A stretch of DNA of 64,000 nucleotides from an uncultured Candidatus Saccharibacteria bacterium (lineage in GTDB: Bacteria > Patescibacteriota > Dojkabacteria > J137): assembly GCA_964414295.1 (NCBI GenBank), contig CAYPVU010000007.1, positions 43,492-107,491 of the forward strand, in the 5' to 3' direction. This document shows positions 28,236 to 37,565 of the stretch, in pieces. The position numbers were made by a program, and so were the translations under genes. Numbering within the stretch: the stretch's first letter is position 1; every line of letters starts with the position of its first letter. A model generated the notes under the pieces. That model searched no databases. It saw only the letters and a list, made by a program, of their open reading frames with translations, and was not told the DNA's origin.

Positions 28236-29239
28236 AGATAGCTTTTTTAGGTAATTTCAGAGTAGATTATACTTCCGAAACACACTATTTAAAAACACTA
28301 CAAAGATTAGGCCATGAAGTTATTGCTATTCAAGAAGGAAGTGCAGAATTAGCAGTGAATAAAGAATCTTTTTTCAAGAATCTCGCAACTGTAGATATGT
28401 TCTTTTGGGTACATACTCACGGATGGAAAACAGAAGGACTTAGTAAAGTAATGCAGATAATTCGAACAAACAATATTCCGGTAGTTGGTTATCATTTAGA
28501 TTTATGGAAAGGTTTAAAACGAGAAAAAGACTTAGAAACCGATGATTATTGGAAATATCTAACCCACTTCTTTACCTGTGATAAATTATTCATTCCTGAT
28601 TTAGAAGAAAGAGGAATAAAGGCATATTTCTTACCTGCAGGAGTATTTCAAGATGAATGCTATTTAGGAGATTGGAAAGAATATTACAATTACGATGTTA
28701 TATTTGTAGGTTCGAAAACTTATCATCCGGAATGGCCATATAGAACGCAATTAATAAACTGGTTAGAAAAAAAATATGGAAAAAGATTTGCGCTTTTTGG
28801 AATGCAAGGTGTAAATAAAGCACAAATTAGAGGTAAGGAATTAAACAATTTATATGCTTCCGCAAAAATAGTAATTGGCGATACGCTATGTAAAGGATTT
28901 GATTATCCTTACTACCTTTCAGATAGAATTTTCGAAACAACCGGAAGAGGCGGTTTTATAATTCATCCTTATATCAAGGGGATTGAGAATTTGTTTAATT
29001 TAGGCCTTTATACTGCAGATGGGAAAGGTTTTAGAGCAGAAGGAAGAGAGCTAGTTACCTACAAGTTTAATAATTTTGATTATTTAGAATATTCGATTGA
29101 TTATTTTCTTAAACACGAGGATGAAAGGGAAATGATAAAACTAGCAGGCCATGAAAGAACTAAGAAAGATCACACCTACAAAAGCAGGATGTGGTTTATT
29201 ATAAATACTTTATTTCCTGATACAACGAACATTATATGA
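28232..29239 (+). CDS. GT-B glycosyltransferase (CgeB/Glyco_trans_1_2-like)
   Basis: YDVIFVGS, YASAKIVIG, SDRIFETTGRGGF, HTYKSR. Confidence 0.8.
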   Translation: MKIAFLGNFRVDYTSETHYLKTLQRLGHEVIAIQEGSAELAVNKESFFKNLATVDMFFWVHTHGWKTEGLSKVMQIIRTNNIPVVGYHLDLWKGLKREKDLETDDYWKYLTHFFTCDKLFIPDLEERGIKAYFLPAGVFQDECYLGDWKEYYNYDVIFVGSKTYHPEWPYRTQLINWLEKKYGKRFALFGMQGVNKAQIRGKELNNLYASAKIVIGDTLCKGFDYPYYLSDRIFETTGRGGFIIHPYIKGIENLFNLGLYTADGKGFRAEGRELVTYKFNNFDYLEYSIDYFLKHEDEREMIKLAGHERTKKDHTYKSRMWFIINTLFPDTTNII

Positions 29240-29489
29240 AAATTGAAACGATTAAAGTAATTGAAAAAACAATAAGTGTACTATCTACAGTATGGTCAAG
29301 TGAAGATGTTTATAAACTACCACAGCAGCAGGAGACATCTTTAGAGCTATATTTGTTTCAGAATATTTGAAGAGTAAGAATACTGAATCATCACTAAAAG
29401 TAGCTTTGGAAACTGCGACCGAGTCAACAAGGTATAAAGGTGTTAACAATACAATTACTCAACTATTCCATCGAACTAAGAAATAACTT

Positions 29490-32400
29490 ATGGGAAAGTT
29501 AACCGAACATACTACTTCTGTATGGAATGAATCAAAAATAAAGGAAAGCAATGCTGGCTTAAAGGCGAAGTTTATTGCTTATCTGAAGCCCGATAAACTG
29601 GGCTGGAATATTTGGATAGTCAATGCCTTGATATTTGCCGTTATATTTTTCCTTACACACATTTTTCTATTCTTTCCATCACTCAAACCTTGTTCAATTT
29701 CTCCTTTTGAGGAAACAAATCACCTACAAAATCTGTTTACTCTACACGCAGCGGTGACTGCATTGATATTTCCAATGGTGTTTTTCATTGCCGAGAAGTT
29801 AAGGTCTACTGATAAGGATGAAGGACGTGTATTAATTCGAGAAAGCTCATTCTGGCATATTATCTTTTTTGGAACTGCACTATTTTTAAATTTAGTCATT
29901 GCTGGTGATGACATATGGCGAGTTGCTGCATACTTAGTGCATTTTCTATATATACTTCTGGTTCTTAATTCGATACGTTCGATAATAAACATACTCCTAA
30001 ATCCACTGGAAATGGATAAGCGCACTCAGCAACTCTATACCCAAAGGATGAATAGGTACAACAATGAACTTATATCATTGAGAATCGCTAACAATAATTT
30101 TGCAGGATACTTAAAACAAAATCCCTATACTGATTTCTCTTTTTTTAATGAGGATAAAGAGATTGTGTTTAAGTCCGAGAAATTTGGCACTATAACCGAT
30201 ATAAATATTAAAGCACTACACAAACTTATTAACAGGGTTATAAAACTATCTGCGCAAAAAGAAAAGTTATCTGATAGCAGTGCCGAATCTGAGACTCCAA
30301 AACCCGTTGAAGAGAAGCCAGCAAAACCTGAAATAAAGGTCAGTAGATTAATTGGTCATAAAGTAACGCAAGAGCATTCTAATCTGCTTACCATTAGGGG
30401 CATTAGCAATCAAGATGAGAAAGAAGTTAAGCAGCTTGTTCAGCAAGTATTTATTATCAATGAAACTAAGTCTTTTGATGAAGAGCTGGAAGTAGAGCTA
30501 GGTGCAATTAGAGATGATTTAATACAAAGTATTCGTTCTAATAGCCAATCAAAGATAAAAACAAAGCTTGACCAGATTGAGAAAGTTACATCGAGCTTTC
30601 TTAAAGCTCTTAACGCCATTAATTCTAATTACAGTGCGGAAGACGCAAACCAAGAACGAGGTAATTTGATTGAAAGATGGAACCAAATAGAATTTGTAAC
30701 AGATATTCTAGATGATGCTTTGCAAGAAAGTCTTTCTACAAATAACCAAAAGATTGTAAAAGAAATTATATATTTCCCTTTTAGGCTATCCCGTCTAGCC
30801 ATTAAATATAATGACCATTTGATATTTCAAACCTTTATTGGCTACATTGGTCGAGTCTACTTTCTAGGAAATAGCAGAGATATAGATAAGTCGGTTAAGG
30901 AATTTATCTTTGACAGGTCTTTCAGGCATCTATCTGAGTTTGCTAATTACGTTTTAGTGCCTGATGCAGAAAAGCAAGGTGGTGATGCTGACCTTTCAAA
31001 TTATTATTCATATTTCCAGTCCATAGCAAAAGTATTCGTAAACTTAATGAAGTCAGCTTACGATGCAAAAAATGAAAAACACTTTGCTAGATTTGCTACT
31101 GAGCTTAGCAAGATAGCGAAATATTTTGAAAGTCGCACATATAGGAATCACTATGATGATTCGGATACTGATATAGATTCTAAATTGAAACTTAAAAAGC
31201 ACATAGAGGAAAGCAAGCAAGATATATTTTTTGGTTTTGCATCATTTATATTGAGAGACTTCATGAGTTCCAAAGATGAAAAACTAAAGCCTTATATTCA
31301 GAAACTAGAATCGTTATTGCCTAATGATATTAAAGAATTTACAGAAATTTTTATACGGGTTCATAACTTTGATATGGGGGAAGTTTGGGGATGGGATTGG
31401 TGGCATGTTAGGGAAGACGAAGAGCATTTTTCAAAAATAGAAACACTCCCTAATCTTGAAAAGTTTTATGCTGTAAGAGGACTGGCATTAGTAGGGCACC
31501 TTGACCAAAACTACTTAGAGCGTATAGATATGCCTACAAGCAGAGACCTTTACTATTTGACAGAAGGAACGAGAGATTTATTGAATCTCTTAAATCACAT
31601 TAAGCAAAATCCAACGCAATATAGCTATCTAATAGCAGATATTACAGAAGAAAAAGTCAACAAGTTTATATCACTGCTGGATAAGGCAAAACAAAAACAA
31701 ATCGAGATTGATAAAAAAACAATAGTAGGCAGTTCATTAGATGAAGAAAAGGTTGCAGAGTTTATTAAAGATTTTAGAGATGGATATAACCGCCACACTG
31801 TACTAAGGTCAATATTCAAAGCGTATAGCAAAATTGAAGATAAGACGGATACTTACATAAAACAACCCGAAGCACGAGGAGTGAACCAAGTTGAAGATAA
31901 AGAAGCATTTATTAGGGACTGGCATGTACATTATGCAGAGTTAGGTGAACACTTTGGCAGTAACATGGCTTATTTTCAAAATCAGAAATTATTGAGTTTT
32001 GCCAAAGAAAAATCACATGCATTAACCATAGAGGAATTGCTCCAAACTGAAGAAGACCCTACTGACTTAATTGCAATACTTGCAGGTAGTAACTTATATG
32101 AGCTTAAAGAAATGTACGAAAATAATAAGTCAGTAAGACTATTCTCATCTTGGGAAGTTGCTTCCGATACAGCCGAATCCAAGTTACCAGTTCTAGGTGA
32201 ACATATTGATGGGTTTATTGAAATTAAGAACGTAAAGGTGCCAATAATTATTATTGATGGCGAAAGAGATAAACCTGAATTGATAGTAATTAAACCTTCA
32301 TCTCTGGGGAAAGCGATTCAATACAAACCGCTTGAAAGTGTTGACTCAGACAGTCTAATAGAGGGTATTTTTAGCCTTGAAATAATTGATATTGCAAAAG

Positions 32401-32573
32401 ATGAATCACTAATGAAAGAATTTCTAGAAAAGAAACCTGAATGGTTAAAGAAAGAAGCTGACCAAGAGAATTACTTGAAGCAAAAAGTCATTATCAAAAT
32501 ATTCGAAAAACTTGGTTACGAAGAATCTGGTGACGAAATAGTTTTTTTGATTGAACTTCCAAAGTTACAGTAG
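29490..32573 (+). CDS. Large hypothetical protein with N-terminal transmembrane helices
   Basis: 1027 aa; about 4 hydrophobic segments in the first 170 aa, then a helical soluble region. Confidence 0.75.
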   Translation: MGKLTEHTTSVWNESKIKESNAGLKAKFIAYLKPDKLGWNIWIVNALIFAVIFFLTHIFLFFPSLKPCSISPFEETNHLQNLFTLHAAVTALIFPMVFFIAEKLRSTDKDEGRVLIRESSFWHIIFFGTALFLNLVIAGDDIWRVAAYLVHFLYILLVLNSIRSIINILLNPLEMDKRTQQLYTQRMNRYNNELISLRIANNNFAGYLKQNPYTDFSFFNEDKEIVFKSEKFGTITDINIKALHKLINRVIKLSAQKEKLSDSSAESETPKPVEEKPAKPEIKVSRLIGHKVTQEHSNLLTIRGISNQDEKEVKQLVQQVFIINETKSFDEELEVELGAIRDDLIQSIRSNSQSKIKTKLDQIEKVTSSFLKALNAINSNYSAEDANQERGNLIERWNQIEFVTDILDDALQESLSTNNQKIVKEIIYFPFRLSRLAIKYNDHLIFQTFIGYIGRVYFLGNSRDIDKSVKEFIFDRSFRHLSEFANYVLVPDAEKQGGDADLSNYYSYFQSIAKVFVNLMKSAYDAKNEKHFARFATELSKIAKYFESRTYRNHYDDSDTDIDSKLKLKKHIEESKQDIFFGFASFILRDFMSSKDEKLKPYIQKLESLLPNDIKEFTEIFIRVHNFDMGEVWGWDWWHVREDEEHFSKIETLPNLEKFYAVRGLALVGHLDQNYLERIDMPTSRDLYYLTEGTRDLLNLLNHIKQNPTQYSYLIADITEEKVNKFISLLDKAKQKQIEIDKKTIVGSSLDEEKVAEFIKDFRDGYNRHTVLRSIFKAYSKIEDKTDTYIKQPEARGVNQVEDKEAFIRDWHVHYAELGEHFGSNMAYFQNQKLLSFAKEKSHALTIEELLQTEEDPTDLIAILAGSNLYELKEMYENNKSVRLFSSWEVASDTAESKLPVLGEHIDGFIEIKNVKVPIIIIDGERDKPELIVIKPSSLGKAIQYKPLESVDSDSLIEGIFSLEIIDIAKDESLMKEFLEKKPEWLKKEADQENYLKQKVIIKIFEKLGYEESGDEIVFLIELPKLQ

Positions 32574-32682
32574 CAATCTCATTTATAATTCTCATCAAAT
32601 TAAGTATAATTAACTCATAAGTTTTAGGAAGACCTAAACTCAGTGCTTGCATTGGGCATGGTTGAACTAAAATATACAAAAT

Positions 32683-32792
32683 CCACAACGACGATAATAG
32701 CGGCTTCCTAGCCAGCACTTCGTCGTTGTGGTCGAGAACTCCGAAAGGGTCTCGGGTACGTACGAAAGGAGGTATCGCTGGTGTGGGAAGCC
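32683..32792 (+). ncRNA. Candidate structured RNA element
   Basis: Crossing stems 32683-32694/32720-32731 and 32702-32716/32777-32792, plus a GAAA-capped hairpin; GC-rich in AT-rich surroundings. Confidence 0.45.
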
Positions 32793-32853
32793 ACTTTTGC
32801 TTCCTGCTAACTTTCCATATCAGCACTACATTATTTTAGTTATATTTACTGAT

Positions 32854-33810
32854 ATGAATGGTGACAACGACACTATTTCAAGGATTAAGCGTTTTCTAGG
32901 TGACAAAAGGAAATTAATGTTTACTTTGCCTCTAGGATGTTTAATATTACTTTGTTTCTGCTGTTTCTCAATCTTCTTACTAGGTTACTTCCTCCCGCCG
33001 ACACTTAAACTTGCTGCTGACGATAACGGTAAAGCTGTATTAGAGCCGAACTATACAATCTCACTTGAATGCTCTGGCATTACCCAACTCAAATTGAACG
33101 ACAAAGAACTATCTACGCAAGAACGAGATGCAATTTGTAGCAAGACTGGCTATAAAGCCGATTTAGTAAATGGTGATAATGCTTTTAACCTTGAAGGTAG
33201 TGATTTGAAAGGTCAGAAGGTAGAGTTAGCTTTTACAATCAAGTATGACGAAGCCGAACATGAAAGAATCCTTGCGCAGCAAGAACAAGATAGACTTGCT
33301 GAAGCTGAAAGACAAAAACAGCTCGAAGAGGAAAATAAGCGAAAGCAGGAAGAGGAAGCTAAACAAAAAGCTGAACAAGACGCAAAAGCTTTGAGTGAAT
33401 GGAAAAACAAATACTACCAATATAAATCCTCAAATATCGATGTTAACTTTGCCAAGTCCAGCGAAATGATTCAGGTATTAAGTAACGGCGTTGATTCTTA
33501 TCAGAGTAGAAATCAAGCAAAGAATTATAAGCAATACTTTGTAAGCCAATGTAAAGCTACCTTAGAAAATGACCTAAAACCGATACCATCTACAGTTAGT
33601 CAAGAAATCAAAGACCTAAACACATTCTACAGCGATTTTTGCCTGTACAACAACTCGTTAGCCAGCAAAGTTGTAAGCTACTTTGAGTCTACCTCAACAC
33701 AAGACCAGTACAACAATCTAGATATGATTACCTACTACATGGGCGAGGTTAACAATGCAAAACTCAATATGGAAGGCAAGATGTCAGCTATTGATTCTAA
33801 GTTAAAGTAA
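32854..33810 (+). CDS. Membrane-anchored protein with a central coiled coil
   Basis: Cys-rich TM helix (GCLILLCFCCF), E/K/Q-rich coil. Start moved to ATG 32854 to avoid the structured element. Confidence 0.7.
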   Translation: MNGDNDTISRIKRFLGDKRKLMFTLPLGCLILLCFCCFSIFLLGYFLPPTLKLAADDNGKAVLEPNYTISLECSGITQLKLNDKELSTQERDAICSKTGYKADLVNGDNAFNLEGSDLKGQKVELAFTIKYDEAEHERILAQQEQDRLAEAERQKQLEEENKRKQEEEAKQKAEQDAKALSEWKNKYYQYKSSNIDVNFAKSSEMIQVLSNGVDSYQSRNQAKNYKQYFVSQCKATLENDLKPIPSTVSQEIKDLNTFYSDFCLYNNSLASKVVSYFESTSTQDQYNNLDMITYYMGEVNNAKLNMEGKMSAIDSKLK

Positions 33811-33829
33811 GTTTTAATTAACAACAAAT

Positions 33830-34057
33830 ATGGATAAAAAATATGAAGTCAAAACAATAAAGTACAACAACGAGAGAGCAATGACGCAAGGCAAGAAGAA
33901 TATGATTAGCAAAGGTTGGGAGGTGGTAGAAACTGTAACAATAAATGGGAGATATGGCTGTTTCAATACAGCCTGTTTGGGTTGCTTATTCCTACCATTG
34001 GCACTGCTGGGTAAATCTAGTGATAGCTATCAGGTGACGTATAGAAAAGTGAAATAA
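33830..34057 (+). CDS. Small membrane protein
   Basis: GWEV...ACLGCLFLPLALLG...VTYRK. Confidence 0.6.
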   Translation: MDKKYEVKTIKYNNERAMTQGKKNMISKGWEVVETVTINGRYGCFNTACLGCLFLPLALLGKSSDSYQVTYRKVK

Positions 34058-34119
34058 ACAAAGTACAAAATAGTTTACTTTGGAAGTATAATTGGTTAGA
34101 TATTTCTTACTTATTAAAT

Positions 34120-34596
34120 ATGAGTGCAGATAATCTGCTATCAGAAGGTTTGCAAAAAGGTTTTGGTGGTTCAACAAACATTGAAAAAACTTCCAGAGGT
34201 AGCTTTCAACTCACTTCAAGTCATTATGAAGGAGGTAGCGGAGTTTATCACGATGAATGGGTGACTGGCGGCGGACAAGAACTTGTAAGAACACAAGATG
34301 GTGAATCAATGACTAGAACTTATGTTGGTAATGTTATTGCGCCTGAAAAATTGGAAGAATTGGGTATAACAGAAAAAGATGTAATGACTGTACTTAAAAG
34401 AGTAATAACTGAACATGGTGACCAGATTAGATTAGGAGATGATTTCGAAATAACATTGGACGACTGGCTGTACACTTATAAAGTAACTTACAGGCGTGAA
34501 GACCCTTATATTATTAACGGAATTGAAGAAATCCTTTATAAAGACCAGTCAGTTTTTGTTCATACTTTTGGAATTAGCAAGGTAGTCGAAAGCTAA
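34120..34596 (+). CDS. Hypothetical beta-rich protein (DUF5680-like)
   Basis: YHDEW..GGGQELV...GIEEILYKDQSVF. Confidence 0.55.
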   Translation: MSADNLLSEGLQKGFGGSTNIEKTSRGSFQLTSSHYEGGSGVYHDEWVTGGGQELVRTQDGESMTRTYVGNVIAPEKLEELGITEKDVMTVLKRVITEHGDQIRLGDDFEITLDDWLYTYKVTYRREDPYIINGIEEILYKDQSVFVHTFGISKVVES

Positions 34597-34619
34597 TCTT
34601 ATTCATTATTAGTTAGCTC

Positions 34620-34988
34620 ATGTACCATGCAATCATAATTAACAAACAGTTTGTAGACAGCAATTATCCTAACACAAAAGATGTATTTGCGAAGAAAGTT
34701 GATGGAGATTGGGAGATTTTTGGAGTAAAAGTGGAAGATAGTGAACTGGATGACTTTATTGCAGAAGTCCAACAAAATATGAGGCCAAATCAAACTTGGT
34801 ATGCGCATGCCTACAACGATACTGAAATGCTTGTTATCTTCAAAGATAAAGTAATCAAAGTCACTCCTCACCAGTCAACTTGGACTCCAATCTTTGAGTA
34901 TGGGAAATCACTTGGTATTCCTGAAAAGCAATTAGATTTCTGGCCAAATAGATTTCAGGATGAGAAGCATTATTTTGAGGAGAAGTAG
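34620..34988 (+). CDS. Hypothetical protein
   Basis: 122 aa; WYAH...YGKSLGIPEKQLDF. Confidence 0.6.
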   Translation: MYHAIIINKQFVDSNYPNTKDVFAKKVDGDWEIFGVKVEDSELDDFIAEVQQNMRPNQTWYAHAYNDTEMLVIFKDKVIKVTPHQSTWTPIFEYGKSLGIPEKQLDFWPNRFQDEKHYFEEK

Positions 34989-35340
34989 TGAAGCGGGGTG
35001 GAGGGTAAATCTTAAATCTGAACATTCACTACAGAAAGTAGTTGAACTCCTTGCTGTATAAAAGATTCAGGGTATTTGATAATATTAACCCAGTTGGAAG
35101 TTCGAAAATCGTCCCAAGCTTCCCGCCATTTTGCTTCGGTTGCTACAAGACCCGTCTACCTCCCTCTATGTCCTTTAATGGTGTTGTAGATTGGTGATCC
35201 AGAATCGCTAGATTTGCAAAAAGCACTTTTTTACCTCAAAAGTCCTCTAAATCTAAATTTATGAAAGCCATTTGGTTCTAAGGTTTTTTGTTGTGTGTGT
35301 TGAGTTTATACAGTTGATATTTTCGGTTCGAATCTTGTCC

Positions 35341-36135
35341 TTATGATTGAATATTTGGAAATAATTTCTCATATTCATCTGTTGTCATAATATCGTTTAA
35401 AAACTGTTCGAGTTTGATCGTTCTCTTAACCTCTACTAGTCCTTCAGATAAACTTTTGTCTATATCTATACTTTGAAGATCATGATTCAATGTAGTCATA
35501 AAGATAGATACTAGGGCTACATCTTCCTTACTTGATATGTCCTTTAGATTTGAACTAGAAGAAAAAATGAAAAAAGTATCAAACTGCCTAATTCTTAATT
35601 GTGAGATTACTAGATCATGCTCATTAACTACTCCCACTTGAGCATTCAAGCTAGATACATATTGCCAAACATCACCAGGTACATCAATAGCCTGGCAAAC
35701 AAAAATATAACTATTATTTACCACAGGATCCCCATCTTTAATCGACTGTAAAATATCTTTGTCTATTTCAATATGTTTAGGTAAACTTGGGATCGCATCT
35801 CTTACAAGATTTAAGTGTGTCTTTAACAACCACCCAAGTGTTTTATTATTGAATGTTAATTTTAATGCCTGACCATCTTCACTATTCAATATTTCGTTGG
35901 CTAGTGTGCAACCTGCATCATCGAAACCATTAATACTTAATTTTGTATTGCAATCTTGGCAAACATCCTTAATAACACCCTCAAAGTTTTTTAACATCTT
36001 CCACTCACCACCCTTTTTGCCATGATGCATATTTTCGATTTTAGGTCCATATAAAACTTTTAGAACAGATGCTGAAACTAAATGTTCGGATGATAAATTT
36101 GAAGTCTTACCACAATAAATACATTTTTTAGCCAT
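35341..36135 (-). CDS. HNH-endonuclease-like protein
   Basis: CIYCG...SSEHLVS...DVCQDCN; start moved to MAKKC at 36135. Confidence 0.7.
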   Translation of the reverse strand: MAKKCIYCGKTSNLSSEHLVSASVLKVLYGPKIENMHHGKKGGEWKMLKNFEGVIKDVCQDCNTKLSINGFDDAGCTLANEILNSEDGQALKLTFNNKTLGWLLKTHLNLVRDAIPSLPKHIEIDKDILQSIKDGDPVVNNSYIFVCQAIDVPGDVWQYVSSLNAQVGVVNEHDLVISQLRIRQFDTFFIFSSSSNLKDISSKEDVALVSIFMTTLNHDLQSIDIDKSLSEGLVEVKRTIKLEQFLNDIMTTDEYEKLFPNIQS

Positions 36136-36206
36136 TTTTATAAAATTAGTGGGTAAATTAGTGTGAGAATACACCTAGTTAACTAATTTTAGCAATATTA
36201 ATTCTG

Positions 36207-37523
36207 TCAGATAAAACTTAAACTTCTATTTATTAACTTAAATTTGGAATTAACACCCCCCAGTATTTTCAATCTTTCTTCTGGAGTACCGAATTGAAGT
36301 ATATGAAGTAAATATGATTGGAGCATCTGAGACTCAGATTCAGATAGATCTGACTGGTTTACATTACCATTTCTATGAGGAGTTAAGTTAATTGTCTCTT
36401 CACCTTGTTTATATATAATCCCTTTCAAATGATTTAGTCTTTTGACCTCTTCTTCAAACTCTTGCCATAAATATTTAATATTTAGCTTTAATTCAGGAAG
36501 CAGAACTATTAATTGTTTGATCAATTCTTCTTCAGTAATATATGGTTCCTTACAATCATAATCTTTAATTCTATTGCAGTGGTAATAGATGTGAGTATTA
36601 ATAACTCCTTTTTTTGTTCTTCTGTATTTAACTTCTGCTGTAACACTTCCACCACATCTCCCACATTTGCATATCTTTTTAAACGGGAATACTTGTTTAT
36701 TCCATTGTCTGGGAACAACTTCAAGTTGAATCTGAACCTTATCAAAAATATATTTGGAGATCAAGGGTTCATGAATTCCTTTATACCATTTCTTACCGTA
36801 TTGAAATTCTCCATAATAAAAAGGATTACTGAGAGCAACATAAATTCTACCTAAGCTTAATTTGTAACCTTTTTTTGTTTGAAAGTTTTGTTTGTCTAGC
36901 CACTTTTTAACCATTCTTCCTGAATATCCTTGGTTGGCAACTTTATAAAACATTTCTTTAATTACATGAGCTCGTTCTGGATCTAAATCAACTGAAGCTA
37001 TCCTATTTCCTTTCATTGTATTTAAGTAGCCAATTGGAGCCATTCCAGGCCGAATTCCGATACCACATTTATTCCTCAAGCCTCGCTTAACATTGATTCC
37101 TCTATTATCATTTTCAAGTTTTGCCTGAGAACACAGAATCATCAATAAGAACTTTTCATTTGGATTATTGCTGAAAGTTTGAGAATGAGTTTTAATAAAA
37201 AGTAACTTTCCTTGATCCATTAGATCTACAACTCGACCTAAATCTCCTGCATTTCTAGAAATTCTGTCTGGAGCCCAGGTGACTATAGCGTTATATTTCC
37301 CTTTAGAAATATTCTCAAGCATGTAATTGAATTGAGGTCTTTGACCAGTTTCTTTTGCAGAATGGCTTTCTGTAATTACTTCATGAATTTCAATCTTTTC
37401 TCTCTTTGCCAATTCCTTCATTTCCATTAATTGGCCATCAATACTCATTGCTTGTTTTTCATCTGATTCTGAGGATTTTCTGGCATAAAGGCAGTATTGT
37501 ATTTCTTGGTCTGTAGTTTTCAT
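36207..37523 (-). CDS. Large serine recombinase
   Basis: YARKSSE, DRISRN, APIGY, NPFYYG, HEPLIS, CGRC; likely start MKTTD at 37523. Confidence 0.95.
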   Translation of the reverse strand: MKTTDQEIQYCLYARKSSESDEKQAMSIDGQLMEMKELAKREKIEIHEVITESHSAKETGQRPQFNYMLENISKGKYNAIVTWAPDRISRNAGDLGRVVDLMDQGKLLFIKTHSQTFSNNPNEKFLLMILCSQAKLENDNRGINVKRGLRNKCGIGIRPGMAPIGYLNTMKGNRIASVDLDPERAHVIKEMFYKVANQGYSGRMVKKWLDKQNFQTKKGYKLSLGRIYVALSNPFYYGEFQYGKKWYKGIHEPLISKYIFDKVQIQLEVVPRQWNKQVFPFKKICKCGRCGGSVTAEVKYRRTKKGVINTHIYYHCNRIKDYDCKEPYITEEELIKQLIVLLPELKLNIKYLWQEFEEEVKRLNHLKGIIYKQGEETINLTPHRNGNVNQSDLSESESQMLQSYLLHILQFGTPEERLKILGGVNSKFKLINRSLSFI

Positions 37524-37565
37524 TACCAAGGACAGTACCGCCAACCTCATTCAAAGTCCAGCAGA

